Source: Torpedo marmorata
Lineage: Eukaryota
DNA: 64,000 bases
NCBI GenBank assembly: GCA_977017645.1
Contig: OZ360239.1
Coordinates: 29,202,001 to 29,266,000 of the forward strand
Direction of reading: 5' to 3'
Shown here: piece by piece, positions 51,451 through 64,000 of the stretch
Position numbering within the stretch: the first letter of the stretch is position 1
How the letters are laid out: each line of letters starts with the position of its first letter
Translations under genes and position numbers: made by a program
Notes under the pieces: generated by a model
What the model saw: the letters and a program-made list of their open reading frames with translations, nothing else
What the model was told of the DNA's origin: nothing
The model's database searches: none

Positions 51451-51960
51451 AATCCAATACCCGAAATAAACATTTCCCATTTACTACTCCAGAAACTATA
51501 TACTAATGGTAGTAGTGTCCAATCGTTTCCTCATCCTTGTCCTGGAAACCAAGGCAACAGTCCTATTCATCCTTCAGTTCTTATCTGTCAAATTCTCCCA
51601 TTTCAATTGTTCGCCTGGGGCTTTGGAATGGCTGGTTTTAGTGCTGTTGCCTCATTAGTGGATAAGTCATAAATCAGAACAAGATCTGCAGGTATCAGCA
51701 CACTTGAGAACACAAATTAAAACAGGCTCCATGGTACGCACCCACGTAGTGCACAAATAGCTACCTATTCACTCTGGCCATGCAGGGACCTGCGTACCCA
51801 GGGGGAAGCAGCAAGCTCCAGCATCACAGTACAATTTCTATATACCTCAAGTATGTAGGGACTTGCATAATATAAATGTCCATACATCAATTTCTGCTCA
51901 ACTTATTCAACTGGATTGTCAAGAAGTTACAAACCTCTTTACTCGGTTATTCTTAGCACA

Positions 51961-52591
51961 CAGGCAGTCCCCGGGTTGAAAACGCCCGATTTACGCACAA
52001 CTCATACTTACGTACCGAGAAGGCAACCGGACGTAGAATGCCATGAACTTCCGGTTTAAGCGTGGCTATGCTGTAGGATACTCTCGCGTGATGCTGCCAT
52101 CGCCCAGCATCGTGAGAGAGTATGTTGTAGGATACTCTCGCACAATGTTGCCGTTACCCAGCAGGGAGGGAGGGGAGGGAGCGAGCAAGGGGGGGTGAGG
52201 GAGCGAGCGAGCTGTGGAGGGAGGGAGGAGCGAGCGAGAGGGCCGCGGGGTCGGGGTCGCTGCCATCGCCCAGCATCGCAAGACAGTAGCCACCTCTCAA
52301 TCATTTTCTCCTGTGAGTGTTAACTTTTAATCATGATGTTATGACCATCGTATGTAGTTACTTTTATTATTATGTACTGCATTATTATGTACTGTATTAT
52401 GTTTAAGATGCTTTAGTGTATTGGGAAGTTTTATATGCATATAAAGGTAAAAGATATACTATATACTAAGATAAACATTTGACGAACTGATGCTAAATAA
52501 GGACCATATGTACCTGTTCCGACTTACATACAAATGCGAATTAAAGACAGACCTAGGTAACGGAACTTGTTTTTAATCCAGGGACTGCCTG
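51961..52591. mobile_element. Tigger-type non-autonomous element
   Basis: CAGGCAGTCCCCGGGTT…AATCCAGGGACTGCCTG; flanks CA/TG (decayed TA); internal short duplications and a (GGGA/GCGA)n tract. Confidence 0.8.
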
Positions 52592-55500
52592 TGTATCATT
52601 CCATCATACCCCGGAACCCATTAAGTAACTTGCATTTATGTAGGACCTTCCATGACCACATTATGTTCCAAGATGCCTTAAAATAATGTGTGTTGTTACT
52701 GTTGTAATACTGATCATGAATCGTGCAGAAATATGGCTATCCCAATCCCCTAATGAACAACAGTTATTTCCCCACCACCAACATTTGCTCTGCTGGAGAG
52801 AAAGAGAAGAGAAACAAGTGCCCAAATTTGCTTCATAGTTCCTGAATGCTCACTGGAATTCAGCAGCACACCTATGAAACTACAGAACAAGCTCCTTGGG
52901 TCATCTGTGTGCACATATTTCCACACAGGATTCAGCCAGGCTTCTTCTGCCAAGTTTAAGGCTCAGTAAAAATGAATTGATTTTACCCATGCAAAAATAT
53001 GAACTTCCTTCCTTCTAACCCATTCCCCCACCCAAAAACAAACAACAGTGCCACCCACCATCGCTCTACCGCTGCACGTCAGTCTGACTGAACAGTGACG
53101 TTTCTACCAACCGCTCTTTGATTCAGCCAAGCGAGATGGGAGAAGGTTTTTTTTGAATTGAAAGAGGCAGGGAAGGAGTCAATTCCATCCATACCTTTCC
53201 TTTTTAAAATTCACCTCTACTAAAATGTATTATTTCTCTGCTGAAGCAAAAGTGAAGAGACCAGATTCAGAATCTTTTCTAATTGGCTGACAGTCTTAGT
53301 TCAGTTGGCATTGCCACTTATTCTCAGAAAGTTGGTTTGAGTAAAAAAACTGAAGTTGAACACAATGGACTGAAAAGAAACTAGGATGCCAGCAACATTG
53401 GAACCCTCAATAAAAGCCACACTGCCCTTTTTTTTTTTTAAATTAATCCAGCAGTCCAGAATACCCCAACCCTATTCGCATAATGATTCGACACAAGCAA
53501 AAAAAAAAATCCTTGTGCTCAAATTCAATTTGTAAATATTTACTGCATGAAGTTTTCCATTTGTTGATCTCTGCTGAGAAACCTCACCACAATTTACATC
53601 TGCATTTCATTGACTTAAATTTACCACATGTTGAGATGGGAGCGGTCTCAATTCCATTTGAATCACTGCACAAATATGCAAGTGATTTATTGTTTTTTTT
53701 ATATAAAAAAAAGAGCTGGTTTAGTTGGACTGCCCTTCTTGTGCAAATTACTCCTTGTCTGACAAGCCATGAACAATCAGCACAGGCTAATTAGACTTTG
53801 TAAACGTACACTGCCCTGCTAATGCCTTCACAATCCAAAACCAAAATGCCAAGACATTTGCTAAAACAGCTCATATACTGACTCATCAGACATATAGAAA
53901 GGGTCTGATGCGGTGTTAAAGAACCCATTCAGTACCATAAACCCCCTGCAGATTGCAATTAGGGACAATTAACAAGTGCAACCATAGTACTAGATGGAAG
54001 ACATTTACAAAATCACACACACACACCTGGGAGCAAAGCATTAACCAACTCTTTGCCACATACAATTAAAACCCAATGTAAACACAGTTAATCCAGATTA
54101 CAATGCTTGATGTGTTCAGAGGGTTAAATGTGCAAAATGAAAACGGCCAACTACAAATAAACATCCCTACAAAGCAACAATGAACTCTGGCCAATCTTCA
54201 CACATTTCTAATCTCCATGTTTACTTTAGCACTAAACCCCACTCCCCCAATATCTCCTTGATCATGGGGTACAAGGCCAGTGTGACATTAAGTATTTCAA
54301 CATTCATAAATGACACATGCCGAATATAATCTTTACTGATTTACGACTCTGCTGGTCAAGAATTTGGGGTGGCATATTTCTTAATGATTGCCGTCAAGGT
54401 GGAAATTTGGCAGTACCGTAGCTGCGGAGTCAGATCAGAAAATTCTATCTTGCTTATTCAGCTTTAAGCAGAAAACAGCATTTATCCTACAATCTCAAGA
54501 CCTGAACAGTTCCACTGCCACAAATTTCTATATGCTAGAGTTAAACACAGGTCTTGAAAACTGAAGAACCAGCCGTTGAAGAAAACTTTTACAGGGCAGC
54601 TGGAAAATCTCCTCTAACTTTAGTCACATTCTCACAAATTTCTGCAGCTGTCATTCCCAAGCATGTCAGGCTAAACACAAGTTCCCAGACAGTTTTGCAG
54701 CTTTCTGATGCATTTTTTTGAGCCACAACCACCATGTTCTTTCGATTACAAGAGCAAAATATAGGCATACAAATTCAAAACAATAAAACACAAGGTTTCG
54801 AAATGTACACAGCATAAAGATTACAGTTCCTCATATCATGAGTGTTCAAAGAGTAGTGCCCATGCAACGTTGCAGATAGAAATCATCCACAACATTTTGT
54901 TTTAAATAGCTTCTATCAAAATAGGTTCTATTTTGAAGGAAGTTACAGGATATTTTTACTGTACAAAGAATGATTGGCAAAGACAAAATGCAACATAATA
55001 ATCTTCAAATATGTTTTCTTGTCAAGCTGCAGTGACCAAAGAGAAAATACTTTTATAGACCATCTCTACAGCAATGTCACCTCGAAAGCGGAGGTAAAAT
55101 AATTCTTAATTTGATCAATATTGTTTAATTTTCAATTAAACTTGCCTGTGCTTAATTTCCAAAGGTATGGAACAGTACTGATCATTTATTTCCAACATGT
55201 TCAGTTATAATATGGAAATTATCCATATATACTTTAGAAAAAATAAGAGTAAAGTCATCTATATTTCAGCAACGTACATTTCACAGCAAACCAACAAAAT
55301 TATGTTACATGATCTAGCTTTGCAGTCAAACACCAATACAGGTAATGAAAAGGTGTCAGGGAAGGTGTCTGGACCCCTGTAAATATCGTTAAGAATATTT
55401 GAAAATTACTTCAACTGCGAGTATGACAGATAATTCTCCAAGCTCAAAAATATCAAGAACCCCTGTGACAATGTGACAAACATTTTAATGCTCCCAGTTA

Positions 55501-57657
55501 AAACATGAACCGTACAATGATAAATAATTCTGCATTATGGTATCACAGGAATAGTCACACAATTTTCAGGAATGGAGATTATTTTGTTTCCTTTGATTTT
55601 TCAGCCAGTCTCACGCTGGAAATATGTAACCTCAACTGAAAACTAGCACTAAACACATTACAACACCAAAATTATAATACAAAATATATAGAAGTAATTT
55701 CTCATCTTATTCCAGCCATTAATCTCCACCCCTGACACCACCACCTCATCAACCAAGTGCACTGACAATTCTAGAATGACATTTTTAATTGTTATGACTT
55801 GCTAGGCTATAGAAGAGAAATACATTATTCAAAAGAATCTAAACACAAAGGCCTACACTTTAAGTACTGTACGTATGTAAATTTCAGACAAAAGGTGCTT
55901 CTGTACTTGATGTTGGTCTACTAAATGGCATCAGGTCTGTGTTCCAATTTTCAAATAATTTCCATGTGTTTCTGCATGTGGTCCCAAACATTAATCTTCA
56001 GTATATGATACTTGGCAAACTGACCCAAATTATTTGTGGACCCAAATGTTCTTATTTCCAAACAATGCATTTTTAGCACAAACTATGCAAGGTAGCCTTT
56101 CTAAAATCAACAAACACCACAGTTTTATTTCCAGGATTTTCTCTTCTGCTATGATTTTGCTGTAATTCCTATAAATCTTAAATTGTTGTTTTCAATTCAA
56201 AGTTATTAACTTTAAGTCCTGGACTTTAAACAGTGTTGGAGTAAGCTAAATTAATTATCATTTCATTAAGAAAATATTTTAAATGTTTGCAACATCCAAT
56301 TAGTTCTGTTGACAACTTAAAAACATTCATTTAGTTGAAAGGGGGAAAATGTAAATGTCTCAAATTACTATCCAGTATAGAAAACGGCTTCTTACAAAAA
56401 AAATCAATCGCTCTCGAGCTCCAGTAAAATTGACACATTACACAAGTCCAAAAATATTAACAAGGCAAATTAAATCTTATGAAAGAGTAATTCAAGTCAT
56501 TTTGAAAGTTGCCATTTTGGTCTAAATATAAAATGAGTCAACAGAATGAATACAGATTTTACCACTGCAACTAACATAACCAGACTTTCAAAGAATGTCA
56601 GTTTCAGAATCACTCTCTGTGAACCCCTCCCTTTCTTGAATCCAATACGTGGATTTAATTTGTAACGTCAGATTATGAAACGAGAGGGAGAGGAAGAAAG
56701 AACCTAGAAATTGTAAATAAAACGCGGTGCATCTCCGCCAGAAGACAGTTTCACTGTTCAGTGCCTCTTGTCAAAAAGTATCAAAGTTTCCCCTAGTTTA
56801 TTTCACGTGACTCTGATGGTATTTCGCGGGAGCTGACAGCTCGAGAAATCGTAGAGGTGAACTAGGACGAGACATGAAGCCCATCCAGTCTAGCAAATTA
56901 GCCCCAATCGCAAGAGTAATATCCCGCTGAGACTCCCATTGTATTGCACGATGACCTGTAAATTTCCAGCACAGTTAAGGTTTGACAAAAAGGACTGACT
57001 CCCTTAATAGGAATGCCACAAAAACAAAGGGAAACTGGTGCAACGGAGTCCTATACTCAGGGAAAAAAAAATCCTAAATCGCTTTCTACAAATTACTGTA
57101 ATGCCCGTTAACAAAAGCTCCCCCTTTTCTAAAACACGCCTTTTTCGCTCAATCGGGTTGTAGAAATTTTAAAAAACAGGATATTCCTGTGTGCGTGGAA
57201 AAAAAAAAAGACAAAAGTAAACAATGTGGTTGCTGAAAAAATAAGACGCTGAAACAAACAACCCTCAAAATGGCAATTGACACAGAAGAAAGCTTAATAA
57301 CATCCACTTGTTGAACACTAAAATTTAAGGGAGGGGGTGATTTTTGAACTTAAAAATTCCTGCACTCTTCCACAAGTATCCAACACACACGGGCTCTGGA
57401 GTAACAGCAGAGCATCAAAAATAAGTTTTCAACTATTGTGTTTGGAGGAAGGAGGGGGGAATCTTTCATTAAAATAAAAACATCGGAGTCTCCTTTTCCT
57501 AATATGAGGAGAAACGTGACAAAGGAGGGGTGGGGGAAACTATGGTTGTTGGTTTTTTTTTTAATTGTCTTTCTTTTTTTTTAAAAATGCTCTGGAAAAC
57601 AAATAATTTGCAAAAACTTTTTTTTTAATATATATCTTTTTTAAATGCACAACTTAC

Positions 57658-57782
57658 CGTTCTGGCGCTGGGAGATAAAGATCCATTGGGGAGGTAAGGA
57701 CTGGCCAGGTCAGGAATCATAATGAAGGGATAACCGGGGTATGGTGGGCCCTTGAACAGGCTGCCTCCATCTTGCCTCTTTG
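57658..57782 (-). CDS. TCF7L2: TCF7L2 coding exon 3 (125 nt)
   Basis: Acceptor ttcttgaccgtgcag|CA; continues the frame from exon 2 as [42 protein letters not shown]; donor ACG|gtaagt. Exons 1-3 total 384 nt = 128 codons. Confidence 0.96.
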
Positions 57783-58033
57783 CTGCACGGTCAAGAAACA
57801 TGGCGGGGAATAAGAGAGAGACAGAGAGAGAAACAAAGTTAGGGATCCAAACTTTTTCTCAACACTTTTTTTCCCCTCCCCTGAACGCAAGAAATGTTCA
57901 AACAACAACAAGCCGCCCGTCCGCCTCAGCGAGAGAGAGAGAGAGAGAGAAATAAATAGTTGAAGAGTTTATTAAACAAATAAAACAAAAGACATTTTCC
58001 CCTTCCCCCCTCCTCTTGCTTCAACCAACTCAC

Positions 58034-58103
58034 CTTCTTCTAAACTCTCCCTGGACTTGTCCCGAAAAGTTTCCGAGTGGCGAGGCGGCGGCCGCCTTTC
58101 CGC
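58034..58103 (-). CDS. TCF7L2: TCF7L2 coding exon 2 (70 nt)
   Basis: Acceptor ttcctctcag|GCG; reads AERRPPPRHSETFRDKSRESLEE+G; donor GAAG|gtgagt. Not in the ORF track; read manually. Confidence 0.96.
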
Positions 58104-58392
58104 CTGAGAGGAACATGGTGGAGGGCCAGAGAGAGAGAGACAAGAGTTGAGAATATTTAGCAGAGATCATCAGGTTGCAAGATTGTTATTTTTGTTTAAA
58201 AATAAATTAAAACTGGTGGAAATAAAACAGATCAATACACAACCTCACGCCTGCAAAGTACGTGCTGGGGATTTTTCTTCTGGCTGTTACAACTAATAAT
58301 GACCCCAACACACACAAACACTTTCTCTTCCCCCCCCCCCCCACTACATGTTATTTTTTTTAAACGACATAAACAAGAGCTTTGCTCCTTAC

Positions 58393-58581
58393 CTCGGAGT
58401 CTGATGAACTGTTTTGGTTGGTCTCTGACTCGTTTACTAATGAAGACTTGACGTCTGCTAAATCCCTTTCTGCAGAAGCGTTTTCCGAGATCTTTTCTTC
58501 CTGCTCCCCTTCATCTTTAAAAGAGATCATTTCATCATTGGCCCCTAGATCGTCGCCGCCACCGCTGTTGAGCTGCGGCAT
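58393..58581 (-). CDS. TCF7L2: TCF7L2 coding exon 1 (189 nt; beta-catenin-binding domain)
   Basis: Translates to [63 protein letters not shown], the TCF7L2 N-terminus. ATG at 58581-58579; donor GAG|gtaagg at 58392; phase 0. Confidence 0.97.
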
Positions 58582-59110
58582 CTTTAATTTTGTGTTTTTT
58601 TTAAAAAAAATGCCCCCTTTTTCCCTTTTTTTTAATAAAGTGATCGACTTGCTGCAACTCGTTCGGAGAGGGAGGGAAAGGAGTGGGGAGGAGGGGGGTT
58701 GTTGTTAATCCGTCGCAAGTCTGATTTCTTTTTCTCTCTCTCTCTCTCTCTTTCTTCTTCTCCTTCTTCTTGCCCCCCTCGCTGTCTGGGAGTAAGTAAA
58801 TAAATTGCAGGAGCGGTAATTGTTAGTGAACGCACGCCGAGGAGCGAGCTCTCCTGCTCGGAGTGAAGTTGTTGCAGACTCGGCGGCGGCTGCTCCACTT
58901 CAAAGGCTCGCCGCTGTTTGATTGACACTTTGATTGACAGGAAAAGCTCCACAGACTGTCCCGCTTGCAAACTAATGAGATGCACAAGAGGGCAATGCGT
59001 ATCGAGTAATGAGGAGGGACTTCCATGACGTCTGCATAAATAAATTAAAAGGGAACACAGAGAGAGAGGGAAAGTGGCTGGCTGAGGTTTTTTTTAGTGA
59101 TAATCAAAAG
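58582..59110 (-). promoter_or_regulatory. TCF7L2: TCF7L2 5'UTR / proximal promoter
   Basis: CpG-enriched and repeat-free; (GA)n tract 58731-58752; TCF/LEF site ACTTCAAAGG 58897-58906; TGATTGACAC 58919-58928 and TGATTGACAG 58931-58940; CRE-like TGACGTC 59026-59032. The TSS cannot be determined. Confidence 0.7.
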
Positions 59111-60099
59111 CCCTTGAACTTGATTTCCTCATTTTTTTAATGTATTTTTCTTTGCTCTGCTCTGTTTTGATCATCTTGACTTTTGCTCCAGTTTTTCTAT
59201 CAACCCATCAAGGGCTCCTAGATATTTTTATTGCAACATGCTGCCTTAGCCTTACTTGCAATCGATCTTTTTACATACATATGGTGAATCAAACGGTTGT
59301 TTCTAAACTGGCACATCTTCATAAGTATGTTAAATCCCTGACTTGACTAGATATCTAAATGCACGTGCCACACATCACAAAACCACTACAATTAATAGTA
59401 ATAATTAATACATTCAATTAAAATACATTGTTTTTTTATATGGAGGAGTTAAATGTGCAGCAACCTCTTCTGACAAGAAGTATTGTAATCTATTACCGTT
59501 ATTACCGCACTGCTTCCAAAACCACCTAAATAGTGACTTTAACATTGTCATTGTTAAAATTGTAATTTTAACAATGAACCAGACGAAGTGGTTAGGATTT
59601 TTTAAACGGAAACGTAGATCGTGCTGAGTTTAAAAGCCCCGTATAAATATAACCTTAAATGTTAACTAAAATGTTGAAGTTATTCGCACTAAAGCACGTC
59701 CAATAACATCGCAAGAACACTCACAGTCGCCCATTAGAATAGATTGTTTCAAACACAGTTGTATGAATATGCAGCGTTTTGCATCTTGCAGTGACTCTGA
59801 ACCGTCTAAAAAAAGATTAAAACAACATATTATCAGGTAGTTCGCACACGGTTTGCTAATTTATTTGAGAACACATTAATTTCTAAAGAATTTCTAAAGA
59901 AATTAATAATACAAAAGCACAACATAATCAATACATTCTGTACATTGCATAATCAGAATTTTACACAGTTTTTGTTTCAAATGTTTGTGTGATGGTCAAT
60001 TATTTATTTTCTGCCCTTTTATTAGATCAGCTTATGAATGAAATGTGTTGGTGCATCAAATGAGCATGCTGTGTATAAACTGTACGGGGAATTAACATC

Positions 60100-60500
60100 T
60101 CTCCATCTCCTTTGATTCGGGCGATTACTAACGCCTCTGCAGCCCCAATACAAGAGGGATCGCTTTTTACTTATGTGCTATATTAAATCAGCACATGCAC
60201 ATTATAAAGCATTACAAAGACAAAGGCAAGATTTGCATCCTTATGCAACTGTCTTTCAACTATTATTAAGCCATCATTGATGTGTGAAAAATTGATGTTC
60301 TGTAAGAGGGCTAATAGTGGAGGAGGGATTCGAGGTGGAGTTGTTGCCACTTTGATCTTTGATCGGCAAATTCCCATTTTTCTTTGTGCGACTATATTTG
60401 GTAAATCAGATTTGCACTCCACGTGCTGTGGGGAGTGAAACGGTTATTGCTTACTTCCGGGTTTTGGGGGAGGGGGGATAAAAGCCCAAACTGGGGATGA
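60100..60500. promoter_or_regulatory. Upstream motif cluster (TCF/LEF, E-box, ETS)
   Basis: CCTTTGAT 60109-60116; overlapping tandem CTTTGATC at 60350-60357 and 60357-60364; CACGTG 60420-60425; ACTTCCGG 60453-60460; about 1.5-2 kb upstream of the ATG in repeat-free sequence. Confidence 0.45.
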
Positions 60501-63291
60501 CGTTTGATTATTTCTCTATGCTTATCAATTTTAATGGTGTTTTCCTCTTATTGATTGTCGCAAATCTCTGAGATAGAACAGAGTTGTGTTGTAAGGTATA
60601 AATAAATATTGAAGTCCGTGAAATGCGTGGGAGAAATAACTACTTACACATTTCAAATGATTTTCACAATATTTATATTTTGCACCATAAAACTATTGAT
60701 TGAAGTACTTCCACTTAAGCAAAACATCAACACGTTTTCATTGAAGATGAAAAAAATAACATCAATGTCAACACGCACCTTAATTAATTAATACAGTACT
60801 AATGTGCATTATTAATGTTGATAGGTCAAAACCATGTCTGATTTGAATATACCACAGAGAAAACCTTATGGTTGACATTGGCAGAGTAAGAGGATTGTTA
60901 TATTTAATTGGCCCGTTATTTTTTATTTAAGCATAATGTTTTCACGATTTATTGTGTCCCTGGCGGCAGCCAACCAGAAAGGGTCATGACACGAACATTG
61001 GAAAGATTGGAAAAATAGAAAAGGACATGGAGCAGATTAAGCGGAATACACCCAGACACCAGCTGAAAGGGCTGCTCTTCCTCAGCAGCGAGGAAGCAAT
61101 GGGCTTGCTGGAGGCGTGAGGATACATTGGGGGATTTCAACAGAAACATCGGGACCTCTACTCTCCAAAAAGAGATTGCAACAAAAAAATACATTACACA
61201 GAGAGGTGGATCTCCCAAAGATGCAACTGGCTTCTACAAAAGAAACACCTTATGCAGCAGCAGCGAAACGAGATTCAGCTATAGGTGGCTTCTACTCTCT
61301 GGCGGGGTTGGAGGCTGCGTCATTCTTTTACCCAAGAAAAAAAAGTTTTATTGAACTGGAGAATCTCAATTTTCGCCTGTAGAATGTTTTTTTTTCCCCC
61401 TTTCATCTACAAAATCCAATATTAGCCTGACCCATTTCTGACGGCAACGTATTTTGACCCAATCGCGTGTTAAGTACCACAAAAGACTCACCGAATTGTA
61501 CATTAGATATAATGGAATTGTTACATAAACTTGCTTGATGCATAGATTGTTTACTTTATATTGATCTGTTTATATTGATTTTTGTTATTGTTGTTGCCCA
61601 AAGATGCCGCTAAAGTTCTCTCTATTGCTTTGTGTGGGAAAGGTGTGGGAGAATTAAAACAAGTCTGAAGTTTCGGCAGTTGTATAAAGACTCAACGGTC
61701 CCAAGGTGTTCAATTAGTAAAAACAAACCGTGCATTTCATTGTATATAATTTTGTAGATCCGGTTGTTTCGACACATGCCCGTACGTAGAATAATCAAGC
61801 AGATTATCTCCATCACATTTCAGAATTAAATGTATCAAGTAAAGGCTACATAAACGCGGAAGCCTTACATTTGACGCAATTCTCCTTTATTATCGAAATC
61901 GTTCGTAACGCAACAAGACGGTGCCTGAAATCACAATGACAACATCAATTTGCTAATCAATGAAACAATGGGTATTTATTAAGAACTGCTCTTAATCACC
62001 AGGTAATTTCGTTAAATAAAGTTTATCTTTTTAAATTCTTCAATACTTGCTGAAGCGTGACTGTAAATGAACCATATTAATTGATCCAAGATGTACTCGA
62101 AGTCCTGGAGAGATTTCATTCAAGCATTTGGAACAGTTACTCACTCTGTAAATCATAGACTGCAGCAGGCAGGGTGTTTACTTTGGGCAAACCAAAAACA
62201 ATCACTTTTCATTTTAATGGTTTAAAGTCTTCGCGCTTATCATGTGCAAGGAGAAAGGAATCTATCCTTAATTCTGAGAATGATATTAATATGGTAAGCG
62301 TTCGAAACCACACAAAACTACCGATGTGGAGAAAAGGAAGAGAAAAACTGAAAGAATGAAGACATGAGTCAAGACGGAAATAAGCAAGAGTTTGTAAGGC
62401 ATGCTGTGTAACATCGTTTAGTACGTGCTTTGCGAAATAGTTTTTACTTTAAATCAAATCTTTTACTATTAATCTCTGCATATATTTATAAATATCCTGG
62501 ACATTTATGAACTATGCATCCAGGAAAAAATAAGTTTTCATAAATCAAGGTGAATTCACAGAGTAAGATTTAAAATGTGCCAATGGATTTTTTACTGGCA
62601 TAAACCAACAATGGTAATTACAACCTAATATATTTGTGGAATTCTATTCCTGATGGGAAAAATGAAAAGCTCTAAGAGCATATTTTGATTTACTTGGCTA
62701 CTTGAGGAGATACTACAAATGGGCAAGATAGTAAAAAAAAACTGGCTGTAATACAGTTAAGATTAATTAAATGCAGCTGTGATTGCTCATTTCAAAACAA
62801 AATGTTTTAGGCTTTATTCATAACACGTGAGTTTGCCAAACATCCTCATACTCTGTAAAAGAATAAATTGATATGCCTGTAAAATAACATTAATTTATAC
62901 TTTAAAACATAACTTAGTGATAGACAATGTACATTCATATATCCATAAAATAACTTTAAAATAGCTGGACATTGTCACATTACTGTTTGTGAGAATTTGT
63001 TGTGTAGAAATGCCTACATTCATGACTGCACATCAAAAGTACTGAATTGGTTGTGCTCAGCCCTGAGGTATTGAAAGTCACTATATAAATGCAAGCCTTT
63101 CAGTTTTGATATACGAAACACTCACAAATACGCATAAAACTAACTTCAAAATATCAAATTTTCAGGCTAATGAAAACACACTGATATGCCAATTAAATAA
63201 CATTTAATTCTATAAATTAACACAGACTGATTGATAATCCATACAAATATGCAGTGTTGGATCAACACCAATGCATTGACATCTCAAAAGC

Positions 63292-63378
63292 AAGATTCAA
63301 GATTCAATTTATTGTCATAGTAATAAAACAGTGTCATATTCCATGAAATTTATTTTTGCCTGCTACAAGGCAGACAGA
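63292..63378 (-). mobile_element. 3'-terminal fragment of the GC-rich retroposon family
   Basis: AAGATTCAAGATTCAATTTATTGTCATAGTAATAAAACAGTGTCATATTCCATGAAATT, near-identical to 9668-9726. Confidence 0.8.
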
Positions 63379-63629
63379 AAATGACTTAAGGGTCCAACAT
63401 TTAATACTCAATGTTATGAAAGTACAGAAATGTGCCTATAAAAGCTCAGCCATGGTCCTATGCAATGGCCAACATGATCGATCAATGTAACAATACATTT
63501 TGCCAAAACTAACATATTCCTCCACTTCATCCTCAACAAGAAAATAAAAGCACCATAGCCAGGAAGTGCTACATCGATTCTCCATGACAAATGCTCAGTA
63601 TTTTTTTGAGCACAACTTTGCATGCAATT

Positions 63630-64000
63630 ATGGACTTTGAAATAGAAACAAACCATTCTACACCTCCCAATTGCTCAGCCCTTTAATTAGATTATTGCTG
63701 GCATTCGACTTCATTTGGCCATCCAAAGTCCTCCAGAAGTTCACCAATCACAGACTTGAATATTTTAGCTTCCCAACACCACTGCCTTTTTGGAGAGTGC
63801 AAATTATCCTACTTTTCCAATCTGAGGGAAATACAGCCTAATGTCATTTAACTTGGTCTCATTGTTCACCCTTTAAGCTCCAGTGTCATTGCATTGCATT
63901 CCCACCAAGGGCAATATGTCTTGCCTGAAGGGAGAATGCCCAAAACTGAACACAATTATTCAGATAGAGCATGACCAAACATATCCAGTTTTCTGACATA
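63630..64000 (-). mobile_element. Degraded CR1 LINE 3' fragment
   Basis: CCACTGCCTTTTGGAG…TTTAAGCT…CCAAAACTGAACACAATTATTCAGAT resembles reverse-strand CR1 sequence. Confidence 0.6.

Larger units (their letters stand above)
1..57657 (-). other. TCF7L2: TCF7L2 intron downstream of exon 3 (>57 kb, extends beyond the window start)
   Basis: GT donor at 57657-57656. No sequence encoding the next conserved exon (YLQMKWPLLDV...) or the HMG box was recognised. Very large 5' introns are typical of TCF7L2. Confidence 0.8.

Noticed and set aside
58360-58581. 73-aa ORF as a complete single-exon protein
   Set aside because: The last residues ([10 protein letters not shown]) are read-through into intron 1 past a canonical GT donor at 58392.
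58382-58985. Antisense 108-aa ORF and upstream 117-aa ORF at the TCF7L2 start
   Set aside because: The first is the shadow of exon 1. The second runs through low-complexity (GA)n UTR sequence. Neither shows homology or coding signal.
60949-61382. Cluster of short ORFs upstream of TCF7L2 as a divergent gene
   Set aside because: All are under 90 aa, with no recognisable domain or supported exon structure. A non-coding divergent transcript cannot be excluded from sequence alone.

Overview
Vertebrate nuclear DNA, almost certainly from a cartilaginous fish (shark or ray), judged from the V-SINE/HE1-like, CR1, Rex1/Babar and Penelope repeat complement; the species cannot be fixed from sequence. 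The only protein-coding gene I can support is the 5' end of TCF7L2 (TCF4, the Wnt effector) on the minus strand. Coding exons 1-3 are at 58393-58581, 58034-58103 and 57658-57782 (128 codons, including the beta-catenin-binding domain), with the 5'UTR/promoter at about 58.6-60.5 kb. Positions 1-57657 are the downstream intron (>57 kb), in which I found no convincing further coding exon. That intron is a mosaic of transposon relics (V-SINEs; CR1, Rex1, RTE and Penelope fragments; Tc1, Tigger/pogo, hAT and Harbinger elements; a solo LTR) interrupted by two repeat-poor blocks that probably hold conserved enhancers. Most noteworthy: a TSD-flanked bipartite RTE element with a candidate HDV-like ribozyme, a Penelope hammerhead core, a fold-back Tc1 made of two 5' ends inside a nested transposon stack, a GC-rich bipartite retroposon family, a candidate stop-containing cassette exon, and PBX/PREP plus TCF motif clusters at the promoter. 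Nearly all ORF-track entries are spurious or transposon-derived. Family names come from motif recognition, not database searches.
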